Origin: Vicinamibacterales bacterium
Lineage (GTDB): Bacteria > Acidobacteriota > Vicinamibacteria > Vicinamibacterales > 2-12-FULL-66-21
NCBI GenBank assembly: GCA_049642465.1
Contig: JBAROV010000039.1
Span: 5,567 to 69,566, forward strand
Reading direction: 5' to 3'
DNA length: 64,000 bases
Within the stretch, counting starts at the first letter, position 1. Every line of letters begins with the position of its first letter. Positions 54,474-63,838 of the stretch are shown here, one piece after another. The position numbers were made by a program, and so were the translations under genes. The notes below the pieces were generated by a model. It saw only the letters and a list, made by a program, of their open reading frames with translations. It was not told the origin of the DNA and searched no databases.

Positions 54474-56930
54474 ATGCGTCCGCCTTTCGCTTCGCGATTT
54501 GCGATGTCTGTCTCGACAGCCCTCCTCCTTTTCAGCGCCTCGACGTCACACCCTGCCGCCCAACGCACGCTCTCATCCCCTTCGGCTGATGATCCGTCGT
54601 TGATCGATGTCACACGCGCGACGGTTGTCACGCCCGCCGGGTTGAACGTCCAGGAGCGAACCGCTGTGCGCGTGCTCGTCGAAGAAGTGGCGCGACGGAC
54701 GAACGTCAGGATGCCAGTGGCGACTGAATGGCCAGCCGACTCGGTTGCCGTCATCGCCGTGGGTCCCGTCGCCAGCTCGTCAAACTGGGCAGCGAGAGGA
54801 CTCAGGAATGCGGGGGCCGCAGCAAATCCCGCTCGTGAGGGGTATCGGCTGTCGCTGAACAAAACCGGACGTGGCGCGCCGACGGTTCTCGTGCTCGGCG
54901 CCGATTCGCGCGGCGTGCTTTTCGGCGTCGGTCGCCTGCTGCGAGAGCTGCGCATGGCGCCAGCGTCCATCCGCGTGCCTGACGGACTGGCAATCGTGTC
55001 GGCACCATACGTGGCACTGCGCGGACATCAGCTCGGATATCGTCCCAAAACAAATGCCTACGACGCGTGGGACGTGCCGATGTGGGAGCAGTACATCCGC
55101 GATCTTGCGGTCTTCGGCACCAACGCCATCGAGCTGATTCCGCCGCGTTCGGACGATGCGCCCGACAGCCCGCATTTTCCGCTGCCGCAGATCGACATGA
55201 TGGTGGAGATGTCGCGCATCGCCGACGAGTACGGACAGGACGTCTGGATCTGGTACCCCGCGCTCGACAAGGACTACGGCGACCCGAAGCAAGTGGAATT
55301 CGCGCTGCAGGAATGGGCGGAGGTGTTTTCGAAGCTGCCGCGCATCAACGCCATCTTCGTCCCCGGCGGCGATCCGGGTCACACGCAACCGAGGCACATG
55401 ATGGCGCTCCTCGAGAAGCAGACCGCGAGCCTTCACAAATACCACCCCAAGGCTGAAATGTGGATGTCGCCGCAAGGCTTCACCAAGGAGTGGATGGACG
55501 AGTTCTACGGCATCCTCAAGACCGAACCCACCTGGCTGACGGGCATCGTGTTTGGTCCGCAGGTCCGCGACAGCCTGCCGGTCCTGCGCGCCAGCCTCCC
55601 GAAACGTTATCGGATCCGCCATTATCCCGACATCACCCACAGCCTTCGCAGCCAGTATCCCGTCCCGGACTGGGACGTCGCCCACGCGCTGACCTCGAAC
55701 CGCGAACAAATCAATCCAAGGCCGCTCGATCAGGCACTTATCTTCCGTTCGCTGCTGCCCTACGTGTCGGACTTCATCACTTACTCAGAAGGGGCGAACG
55801 ACGATGTGAACAAGATTGTGTGGAGCGGATTGGGTTGGGATCCGAAGACCGATGTGCTGCAGATCCTCCACGACTACAGTCGCTACTTCCTCGGCGAGCG
55901 CTACACCGACTCATTCGCGCAAGGGTTACTTGCGCTCGAGCGGAACTGGCGCGGCCCTCTGGCTTCCAATACATCCGTCTACACCACGCTCGAGCAATTC
56001 CAGGCGATGGAACGCGCCGCGACTCCGCGAGATCTCAGGAACTGGCGCTTTCAGCAGGCGCTCTATCGCGCCTACTACGACGCCTACGTGCGAAGCCGGC
56101 TGCTGCACGAGACGGCCATCGAGGAACGCGCGCTCGATCGGCTGCGCGGTGCGACACGAGGCGCGACGCGCGACGCCATGGTTGACGCCCGCCGAATCCT
56201 GGACGACGTGCAGCAGAAACCCGCGCCGGAATGGCGCCTCCGTGTCTACACCCTGGCCGAGGCGCTCTTTCAGAGCATCCGTCAGCAACTGAGTGTGGAG
56301 CGCTACCGCGCGATTGCCGTCGGTCGAGGCGCGACGCTCGACAGCCTCGAAACCCCCTTGAACAACCGCGGCTGGCTGTTGGCGCGCTTCGAGGAAATCT
56401 CCGCCCTCCCGAGCGAAGACGATCGTATGTCAGCAATCGACCGGGTCGTCCGATGGACCGATCCAGGACCCGGCGGGTATTACGACGATCTCGGAAATCC
56501 CAACCAGCAGCCGCATCTGTTGCGCGGGTTGCCGTATGAAGAGGATCCGCAGCGGTTCAAATCCACGATGACCGGGTTCGGTTATCGGCCGGATTGGCGG
56601 CTATCCTGGATGACACACGCGGAGTCGTTCTGGGAGGCGCCGCTGCAGATGCGATACACGAGTCTCGATCCGGCGGCGCGCTATCGCATCCGGATCGTGT
56701 ACGCAGGCGACGTCTTCAGCATGACGACGCTGATCAAGCTGGTGGCGAACGACCGCTACGAAATTCACCCGCCGCTGCGAAAGGAGTCGCCGATCAAGCC
56801 GGTGGAGTTCGACATTCCCCTCGAGGCCACGCGCGGCGGCGAGCTGACCTTGACGTTCAGTGCACCGCCTGGAATGGGAAGCGCCGGCCGCGGCAATCAA
56901 ATCGCTGAAGTCTGGCTGATGAAAAAGTAG
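54474..56930 (+). CDS. Large secreted protein, putative glycoside hydrolase-like (family not assigned)
   Basis: Start at ATG 54474 is preceded by GGAGG. Signal peptide (MRPPFASRFAMSVSTALLLFSAS). The N-terminal region resembles the GH67N/GH20b/DUF4838-type lid followed by a TIM-barrel-like segment (LRGHQLGYRPK...AIELIPP). Family call is tentative. Confidence 0.5.
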   Translation: MRPPFASRFAMSVSTALLLFSASTSHPAAQRTLSSPSADDPSLIDVTRATVVTPAGLNVQERTAVRVLVEEVARRTNVRMPVATEWPADSVAVIAVGPVASSSNWAARGLRNAGAAANPAREGYRLSLNKTGRGAPTVLVLGADSRGVLFGVGRLLRELRMAPASIRVPDGLAIVSAPYVALRGHQLGYRPKTNAYDAWDVPMWEQYIRDLAVFGTNAIELIPPRSDDAPDSPHFPLPQIDMMVEMSRIADEYGQDVWIWYPALDKDYGDPKQVEFALQEWAEVFSKLPRINAIFVPGGDPGHTQPRHMMALLEKQTASLHKYHPKAEMWMSPQGFTKEWMDEFYGILKTEPTWLTGIVFGPQVRDSLPVLRASLPKRYRIRHYPDITHSLRSQYPVPDWDVAHALTSNREQINPRPLDQALIFRSLLPYVSDFITYSEGANDDVNKIVWSGLGWDPKTDVLQILHDYSRYFLGERYTDSFAQGLLALERNWRGPLASNTSVYTTLEQFQAMERAATPRDLRNWRFQQALYRAYYDAYVRSRLLHETAIEERALDRLRGATRGATRDAMVDARRILDDVQQKPAPEWRLRVYTLAEALFQSIRQQLSVERYRAIAVGRGATLDSLETPLNNRGWLLARFEEISALPSEDDRMSAIDRVVRWTDPGPGGYYDDLGNPNQQPHLLRGLPYEEDPQRFKSTMTGFGYRPDWRLSWMTHAESFWEAPLQMRYTSLDPAARYRIRIVYAGDVFSMTTLIKLVANDRYEIHPPLRKESPIKPVEFDIPLEATRGGELTLTFSAPPGMGSAGRGNQIAEVWLMKK

Positions 56931-56938
56931 AGGACGTC

Positions 56939-57736
56939 ATGGAATCGCCCTGGGAGAGCCCGATCCGCCGGCGTCTGCGCGAGTCCCAGCCCGTGTTCGG
57001 CTGCACTATTACGTCGACGAGTCTGGAAATTGCCGCGCGCGCGGCGTCCGCAGGCTTTCATTTTCTCTGGCTCGAGCTCGAGCACTCGCCCGTCACCCTC
57101 GAAACCGTTCGCCATATCGTGCTCGCCACGCGCGACCTGCCGGCCGTGCCGTTCGCGCGGGTTCCGGTGACCGAGACGTGGACGGCCAAGCGGGTGCTCG
57201 ACGCAGGCGTTCACGGCGTCGTGTTCCCGTTCGTCAGCACGCCGGCGCTTGCGAAACAGGCGGCTGAGGCATGTCGCTATCCGCCGGCCGGCCGGCGCGG
57301 GTCCGGTGCAAGTCTCGCCACCAGCTGCTGGCCAGATCCGGATCGCTATCACGACTCTGCCGATCTCAACGTCATCGTTGTCGTCATTGTCGAGGAAGCA
57401 GCCGCGCTGCCGCACGTCGATCGCATTGCGGCGACCGAAGGCGTGGACGTGGTGTTTGTCGGCACCGGTGATTTGTCGTTCTCGCTGGGATTGCGCGGAC
57501 AGCAAAGCCACCCGCAGGTGGAAGAAGCCGCAAGTCAGGTGCTTGCCGCGGCGAAGCGTCACGGCAAAGTGGCCGGACGGCCTGCCGCTTCTCAGGAACA
57601 GACGCAGCGCTACATCGATCAGGGGTTCCTCTTCTTTCAGGCGCCATCCGAGCTTGCGCTGTTCGAAGCCGGTGCGCAGCAGTTTCTGGCGCCATACGGC
57701 ATTCGCCCTGCCCTCCGTCAGCGGACGTTGTACTAA
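56939..57736 (+). CDS. HpcH/HpaI-family (class II, 2-keto-3-deoxy-acid) aldolase
   Basis: GFHFLWLELEHSP...ARVP......VLDAGVHGVVFPFV...VVIVEE are family motifs. Confidence 0.75.
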   Translation: MESPWESPIRRRLRESQPVFGCTITSTSLEIAARAASAGFHFLWLELEHSPVTLETVRHIVLATRDLPAVPFARVPVTETWTAKRVLDAGVHGVVFPFVSTPALAKQAAEACRYPPAGRRGSGASLATSCWPDPDRYHDSADLNVIVVVIVEEAAALPHVDRIAATEGVDVVFVGTGDLSFSLGLRGQQSHPQVEEAASQVLAAAKRHGKVAGRPAASQEQTQRYIDQGFLFFQAPSELALFEAGAQQFLAPYGIRPALRQRTLY

Positions 57737-59046
57737 TGACGAAGCACTACAAGTGGTGGGTCGTCGCGATGCTGTGGTTGATCTCGTTCTTCAACTACGC
57801 CGATCGGCAGGCGATTTTTTCGGTGTTTCCGCTGCTCGAGCGCGAGATGCACCTCAACTCGGTGCAGCTTGGACTCCTCGGTTCAGCCTTCGCGTGGGTT
57901 TACGGCCTCGGCGCGCCGTTTGCCGGCATGATCGTGGACCGCGTTCGGCGCAAGACGGCCATCCTTGGCGGACTGCATGCCTGGAGTCTTATCTGCATGG
58001 CGACCGTGGTGTCGTCCGACTTCAAGCACCTCTTCTTCTGGCGAGCCGCGGAAGGGCTCGGTGAAACGTTTTACTTCCCGGCGTCGATGTCGCTCATCAG
58101 CGACTATCACGGCCGCCGCACCCGTTCGCGCGCGATGGGCCTGCACCAGACCAGCGTGTACATGGGGACGATCGGCGGCGGCTTCTTCGCCGGGCTCATC
58201 GGTCAGCACTACGGATGGCGCTGGTCGTTCATTGTGTTCGGCGGACTCGGTGTCCTCCTGGGCATCGTGCTGAACCGTTACCTCGTCGAACCCGAACGCG
58301 GCGCCGCGGAAACCGCCGACGCAGCGGGCGACCCAGGCGCGGCGGCGCCCGCGCCGGCGCTGACGACGCGGCTGTCGTTTGCGGAGTTCGTGCGATTGGT
58401 CGGGCGAACTCCGACCCTGCTGTGTCTGATGGGCGCCTTCATGTGCGCCAACTTCGTCGCGGTCGTCCTGCTCTCGTGGATGCCGAAATTCCTGTACGAC
58501 AAGTTCAGCATGAGCCTGGCGACCGCCGGCCTCACCGCCACGATCTTCGTCCAGCTCGCCAGCATGGTCGGATCGCCGACGGGTGGGTGGTTGGCCGATA
58601 CACTCAGGCGCCGCTCACCGCGCGGCCGGATCGCAGTCCAGATGCTGGGAGTGCTCTGCGGCGCACCGTTCGTGATGCTCTGCGGCCTCACACCCTCGGT
58701 CGGGACGCTGATCCTGGCGTTGACCGCCTGGGGTTTCTTCAAGGGACTCTACGACGCGAACATCTTTGCGTCGGCATTCGATGTGGTTCGGCCCGAGGCA
58801 CGCGGGTCAGCGGCAGGTTTCATGAACGCCGTCGGCTGGCTCGGGGGCGGTGGAACCGCGCCGGTCGTGATTGGATGGATCGCGCAGCGCCAGAGTCTCG
58901 GTGAGGCGATTGCGCTTGCCTCGACGGTTTACATTGCGGCGGCCGTACTGCTGCTCATCGCTATGCTGTTTTTCGTCAGGCGAGATATGTCGCGGATGCA
59001 GGCAGAGTTGGTTGCGGCTGATGCCGGTTCGAGGGACAGCCGCTGA
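57736..59046 (+). CDS. MFS transporter
   Basis: 12-TM pattern. Motif A GMIVDRVRRKT. Its start overlaps the HpcH stop by 1 nt (TAATG). Confidence 0.85.
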   Translation: MTKHYKWWVVAMLWLISFFNYADRQAIFSVFPLLEREMHLNSVQLGLLGSAFAWVYGLGAPFAGMIVDRVRRKTAILGGLHAWSLICMATVVSSDFKHLFFWRAAEGLGETFYFPASMSLISDYHGRRTRSRAMGLHQTSVYMGTIGGGFFAGLIGQHYGWRWSFIVFGGLGVLLGIVLNRYLVEPERGAAETADAAGDPGAAAPAPALTTRLSFAEFVRLVGRTPTLLCLMGAFMCANFVAVVLLSWMPKFLYDKFSMSLATAGLTATIFVQLASMVGSPTGGWLADTLRRRSPRGRIAVQMLGVLCGAPFVMLCGLTPSVGTLILALTAWGFFKGLYDANIFASAFDVVRPEARGSAAGFMNAVGWLGGGGTAPVVIGWIAQRQSLGEAIALASTVYIAAAVLLLIAMLFFVRRDMSRMQAELVAADAGSRDSR

Positions 59047-59286
59047 CGGGAGAACGAGCCAACGTGCACTGGCGCTTGCGCGCCAACACGACGACACGAC
59101 CGCCTCCGCCAAGGCTACGGCGGTCCGCCGAAGCTTCAGCGAAGGCGGAAGACACGACGAGCACGAAGAAAACCAGCGCGCTGAGCGTCGATTGGCCCGC
59201 CGGGTTGCCGGCCTACGGCCGGCGTAGCGCAGCGCGCGGCCCGGCGCGCCAATCGACCGTCGCTATCTGCGTGTCAGAGACCGTCT

Positions 59287-59354
59287 CCTTCGTGGTCGTC
59301 GTATCTTCGTGGTCTTCGTGGTCTTCGTGGTCGTCGTGTCGTCGTGTCGTCGTG
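59287..59354. repeat. Tandem 9-mers CTTCGTGGT (x4, one interrupted) followed by 8-mers CGTCGTGT (x3)
   Basis: Read directly. Inverted partners lie at 59085-59099 (ACACGACGACACGAC) and 59147-59167 (GAAGACACGACGAGCACGAAG, 19/21 complementary to 59287-59307). Confidence 0.8.
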
Positions 59355-59404
59355 AAGGCACTCGTTCCGTCGTCTCGCTGGCGGGCGGCTGTCGTTCGAA
59401 GAAG

Positions 59405-60358
59405 CTACGCTCCGCGGATCTTGGTCGGCGCCGAAACACCCCGATCCAGACCATTCGCCGCTAGCCACCCTGGCAGCCACTCTGTAAATGCGCGGATCTG
59501 CTGCTTTCGTTCGGCAGTGAGGGGCAGCGGCAATGGACCTGTCTCGATCCCGCGCGCCGCGAGCCCAATTCGGATGCCCCACGGCGTGGGGAAAATGGAC
59601 ACATGTGAGATCAACTCGTCCAGCAGTCGCTGCAGTCGGGCGGTTTCATCGAACCGGCCCGCTCGGTAACTCTGGTACAACGCGACGAGCAACTCCGGAC
59701 AGAACCCCGCGATGCCCGAAATACTGCCGTTCCATCCGGCCCGCAGCCCCTTCTCGAGCACTGCATCGTCGCCGACGAGCAGTGTCCAGGGGGCATCTCC
59801 TTTCTCGCTGGCGAACAACTCCAGGTGTTCACGCCGTCCGCTGCTGTCTTTGATCCCGACGATGAACTCTTCCTGGCGCAGCAGCTTCAGGATGGTTGGG
59901 GCGTTCAGACCGTTGGTGAAGTCCGGCAGGTTATACAACAGACACGGAGCCCGCAGGGCACTGCTCAGGTGAGCGCAGAACGCTGCCAGATCGTCCTGCT
60001 CGTAGCGAAAGAACATGGGCATCGGCAGCAGCAGCGCACGGCTGCCGGATTCGAGTGCCGCGCGGCCCAGAGCCAGCGTATGGCGGATCGACACGCCACC
60101 AATTCCGACGAGGAGGGCACGATCTCGCGGCAACCGCCTCGCCGCACGCGCGACGAGTGCCGTGCGATCGCTGGATTCGAAGTGCGGGTATTCCCCCGTT
60201 GCGCCGCCGAGGCAGAGGCCAGAGACGTCCCGTTCGAGAAGGAAGTCGATCAATCGGTCGAGTGTTCCGAAATCGACGCTTCCATCCGCGTGGACTGGCG
60301 TGGCGACCGCGGCAAACAGTCCCGCGATCGCCTCGCCGTTGGCCGAGTGATGATTCAT
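59405..60358 (-). CDS. DapA/DHDPS-family class I aldolase (N-acetylneuraminate lyase-like)
   Basis: GLFAAVATPVHADGSVDFGTLDRLIDFLLERDVSGLCLGGATGEY is the DHDPS-family N-terminus. TGATG overlap with the upstream receptor gene. Confidence 0.8.
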   Translation of the reverse strand: MNHHSANGEAIAGLFAAVATPVHADGSVDFGTLDRLIDFLLERDVSGLCLGGATGEYPHFESSDRTALVARAARRLPRDRALLVGIGGVSIRHTLALGRAALESGSRALLLPMPMFFRYEQDDLAAFCAHLSSALRAPCLLYNLPDFTNGLNAPTILKLLRQEEFIVGIKDSSGRREHLELFASEKGDAPWTLLVGDDAVLEKGLRAGWNGSISGIAGFCPELLVALYQSYRAGRFDETARLQRLLDELISHVSIFPTPWGIRIGLAARGIETGPLPLPLTAERKQQIRAFTEWLPGWLAANGLDRGVSAPTKIRGA

Positions 60359-63300
60359 CAGAACGACAGGCGCACGGCAGCCTGCATGACCCGGGCGGCC
60401 TCAGCGGCCGTGATCCGTCCAAAGTTCGAATTGTTCTGTGCCGTATTCGGTGGCCTGAGGTTCACCCAGTTGAACACGTTGAACGCCTCGATCCGAACCT
60501 GCAACTGGGTGCTGCCACCCGTCGCGAAAGTCTTGTGCAGCCCCAGATCGACGTTCTTGAAACCTGGCCCGCGCAGGCTGTTACGCCCGGAGTTGCCGAA
60601 CGTGCCGAGCGCGTTCGGCGCATAGACCGACGTATTGAACCACCGGAGGATCTTCTCCTCGTTCGTCCGATCATCCGGCAGAACGGGATCACCCGAGATG
60701 TCCGCACGCTGACCACCCGTGCCCGAACGCGCATTGTCCACGCCGCTCGTCACCGTGAAAGCGCCACCGCTCTGCATCGAGACGATTCCGGTCAGCGACC
60801 AGCCGCCAAGCGCACCCGCAGCAATGGGATTGGCGAATTGCCCCGGAAGTTGCCACAGGAACGACGACACGAAGCGGTGGCGGCGATCGGCGTTCGACGG
60901 TCCCCAGTCGAATTCGAGATCGAATGGGTTGGTTTGCGTCACGCCCGTCTGCTTCGCTTCGCCGGCGTGATCCATGTTCTTCGACAGCGTGTAGCTGCTC
61001 AGGATCGAAAAGTGTTTGCTCATCCGCTTGTCGAGCGTGAGTTGCAGCGAGTGGTACGTCGATCTGCCGGTGGACTCGATCGTTGTCAGGTTGTTGAATG
61101 TCGGAAACAGCGGCCGCCGCTGATTCGTCGTCGCAGTGGTTACGCCCGGAGCGTAAATCGCCGGGTTCAGCTCACGCCCCATCGCGAGGCGATCGCCGTG
61201 GGAACCGGCATAACCCACGCGCACCAGGTAGGTCGGCAGTACCTCCCGTTCGACCGTCAGGTTCCAGGACTGGAGCCTGCCGTTCCTCAGGTTCGGGTCG
61301 TAGCTGAACGCCGTGTGCGGAAGGAAGAACTGCGCGTCGCGGGGGACGTTGAACGGATCCGCCGGGAACGGATTGACTCGGCCGGCATACGGATTGGCGA
61401 CGCTGTTGGTCGCATCGCCGGGGAACGACACCAGCGTGCCGAACGGTCCCTGGTTCGCCGGACTGTTCGTCGAGATCGTGTTGGGCCGATCGTAGTAGAT
61501 GCCGTACCCTGCGCGCACGCTGCTCTTGCCGTCGCCGAACGGATCGTAGGCGAGGCCAATCCGTGGACCAAAGTCCGTCCACGACGCGCCGTAGCCTCCT
61601 TTCGGGCACGCCGGATCGCCGGGGTAGACAATGCCCTCCGGCGCATTCACGTAGACCTGCGACCGTTGTCCGGGGCGATAGCACGCGAGCCGGTTGTTGA
61701 CGTCCGCGTACGGGAAGAACGGATCCCAGCGCAGCCCGAGATTCAGCGTCAGCTGACGGTTGATACGGAACGTGTCCTGGACGAAGGTGGCGAGGAAATG
61801 CATGCGCGTGTTCTTGTACTCGCCGATCCCCTGCTCGAAGCTGGAGAACTTTCCGAGGAAGAAATCCGCCAGTGCGTCTCCAGTGAAGGGTGCCGCGTTC
61901 GAAAACGTGAACCGTCCGTTGGCGCGAAAATTGTTGACGATGTCTCCCTGGCCGTAGCTGTAGTCGACGCCAGCGGCCACCTCGTGTCGCCCTTTTGTCC
62001 ACCTCACTGTGTCCACGAACTGCACCTCGTTGCGAAGGAATGTGTTCGTGTCACCGCTGTTGATCCCGAAATAACCCGACACGTTGAAGAACCACTGCGG
62101 CGTATCGTCGTTATGGACGTTGATGCCGAGCGTCGAGTAATCGGGCGGATAGATCTGAAAATTGGAATTGTTCGTTCGATTGAACGTGACGACGACGTTG
62201 TTCAACAGATTCGGGCCGAACAAGTAGGTGTCGTTGACTGACACGACGGTGTTCTGCCAGGTCCTTCCGAACGCGCTCGTCAAGATGTTTCCGCTTTCGA
62301 GGACCGGCGGAGTCGACGCGCGCGAGACCCAGAACCGCCCGTAGGCGCGGTGGTTGTTGTTGAAGCTGTGATCCACCCGGCCCAGGTACTGATGATCGTC
62401 TCCGTCCATCGGCTGCGGGAACCTGAGCGTCAGCGGGTTGTCGTTTCCCACGGGATTGGGCAGCGGCAGCCACTCATTTAAGATCTTGACGGCCGCTGGA
62501 CTGAACAGCGATGTCGGGATCTGATTGTTTGCAAACGGCTCTCCGGTGAAGGGATTGCGCAGCTGACGCGTGATGGCAGAGAAGTTCCCCGATCTCATGG
62601 CCGCCGTCGGCACGAGGCCGGACCGCTGGGTCGGCCGGCGCCGTTCGTTCGTGCCTTGATACGAGCCGAAGAAGAACGTGCGGTTCCGCGCGATCGGCCC
62701 GCCCATGGTGCCGCCGTACTGCGCTCGTTTCAACCCGTCGTCGACGCCAGGCGTGAAGAAGTTCGTGGCGTTGAACTTGTAGTGCCGGAAATAGCCGTAG
62801 CCGAGGCCGTGGTACTGATTCGTGCCCGCACGGGTCACGGCGTTGACGATCGCGCCTACGTTCCGGCCGTATTCGGCGCTGAAACTGTTGGTCTGCACGC
62901 TGAACTCCTGGAGCGCATCGGGGTTCGGCATCGGGTTGGGACCGTTGCTGTAGTGGTCGTTGTTCGATCCCCCGTCGAGCACGTAATTGGTCGTGTTGCC
63001 GCGCGCGCCGCTTGAAGACACGGCTGACGTCCCCGGATACGTGGCGCCTGACGTGAGATCGGTCCGATCCGGCAGGACACCGGCAACGAGCGTCATCAAC
63101 TGCGTGGGATTCCGACCGTTCAGCGGCAGGTTCTCGATACGTTCCTGATCGACAACCGTCCTCAGCGTGCCGCTCACGGTGTCAACAGTCGATGCCGCAC
63201 CGCTTACGGTGACCATCTCTGAGACAGCCCCAACCTTGAGACCGATGTCCAATCTGACGTCCTCGTTGACGCGCACGACGACGTCGGTGTTTTTCGACGT

Positions 63301-63591
63301 CTGGAATCCGGAAAGCTCCGCGACGACGGTGTAACGGCCAACGGGCAGGCCCCGCAACACATAGACGCCGACCTCGTTACTGGCGGCAGCCGTCTCCGCA
63401 TTCGTAGCTTCGTGGGTGGCCTTGACGGTCACACCCGGCAGCACCGCGCCGGCAGCATCCTTGATCACGCCGGTAATTCCACCGGTCGTCGTCTGCGCGG
63501 CGGCGGTGGAGCCGAGAGCCGCACACGTGAGGACCACAACCATCGCCCGTGCGACTGTCTGATAGCAGGCGAGAAGACTTGTTCCCTTCAT
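60358..63591 (-). CDS. TonB-dependent receptor-like outer-membrane protein with CarboxypepD_reg N-terminal domain
   Basis: Signal peptide. GITGVIKDAAGAVLPGVTVKATH...GVYVLRGLPVGRYTV (CarboxypepD_reg). Long beta-barrel-type sequence ending in a terminal Phe. Start at ATG 63591 is preceded by GGAGGAGG. Confidence 0.85.
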   Translation of the reverse strand: MKGTSLLACYQTVARAMVVVLTCAALGSTAAAQTTTGGITGVIKDAAGAVLPGVTVKATHEATNAETAAASNEVGVYVLRGLPVGRYTVVAELSGFQTSKNTDVVVRVNEDVRLDIGLKVGAVSEMVTVSGAASTVDTVSGTLRTVVDQERIENLPLNGRNPTQLMTLVAGVLPDRTDLTSGATYPGTSAVSSSGARGNTTNYVLDGGSNNDHYSNGPNPMPNPDALQEFSVQTNSFSAEYGRNVGAIVNAVTRAGTNQYHGLGYGYFRHYKFNATNFFTPGVDDGLKRAQYGGTMGGPIARNRTFFFGSYQGTNERRRPTQRSGLVPTAAMRSGNFSAITRQLRNPFTGEPFANNQIPTSLFSPAAVKILNEWLPLPNPVGNDNPLTLRFPQPMDGDDHQYLGRVDHSFNNNHRAYGRFWVSRASTPPVLESGNILTSAFGRTWQNTVVSVNDTYLFGPNLLNNVVVTFNRTNNSNFQIYPPDYSTLGINVHNDDTPQWFFNVSGYFGINSGDTNTFLRNEVQFVDTVRWTKGRHEVAAGVDYSYGQGDIVNNFRANGRFTFSNAAPFTGDALADFFLGKFSSFEQGIGEYKNTRMHFLATFVQDTFRINRQLTLNLGLRWDPFFPYADVNNRLACYRPGQRSQVYVNAPEGIVYPGDPACPKGGYGASWTDFGPRIGLAYDPFGDGKSSVRAGYGIYYDRPNTISTNSPANQGPFGTLVSFPGDATNSVANPYAGRVNPFPADPFNVPRDAQFFLPHTAFSYDPNLRNGRLQSWNLTVEREVLPTYLVRVGYAGSHGDRLAMGRELNPAIYAPGVTTATTNQRRPLFPTFNNLTTIESTGRSTYHSLQLTLDKRMSKHFSILSSYTLSKNMDHAGEAKQTGVTQTNPFDLEFDWGPSNADRRHRFVSSFLWQLPGQFANPIAAGALGGWSLTGIVSMQSGGAFTVTSGVDNARSGTGGQRADISGDPVLPDDRTNEEKILRWFNTSVYAPNALGTFGNSGRNSLRGPGFKNVDLGLHKTFATGGSTQLQVRIEAFNVFNWVNLRPPNTAQNNSNFGRITAAEAARVMQAAVRLSF

Positions 63592-63838
63592 GCGTCCTCC
63601 TCCCATGGGCTCCGCCCCATACCCGGCGCCGTGCGCGGCTCGGAGCATGGTCCAGACGGGCTCCTGGATTTCGCGAGTGCCAGTAAAACGCAGCGGCGTG
63701 TGGAGGTCAAACGGAATCTTCATCCGACGGCGTCGAAAATGAACGCTATTTCGAAACGTATTGCCAAGCGTGCCACCCGCTTGTTACTTTGCGCTTTTCC
63801 GTGAGGAACGACATCGCCGGCTGATGACTGGAGGCGCG

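Noticed and set aside
59064-59669. 201-aa plus-strand ORF spanning the 59.1-59.35 kb repeats (…SWSSWSSWSS…).
   Set aside because: The peptide periodicity simply mirrors the 9-mer DNA repeat. Its 3' half is antisense to the DapA-like gene.
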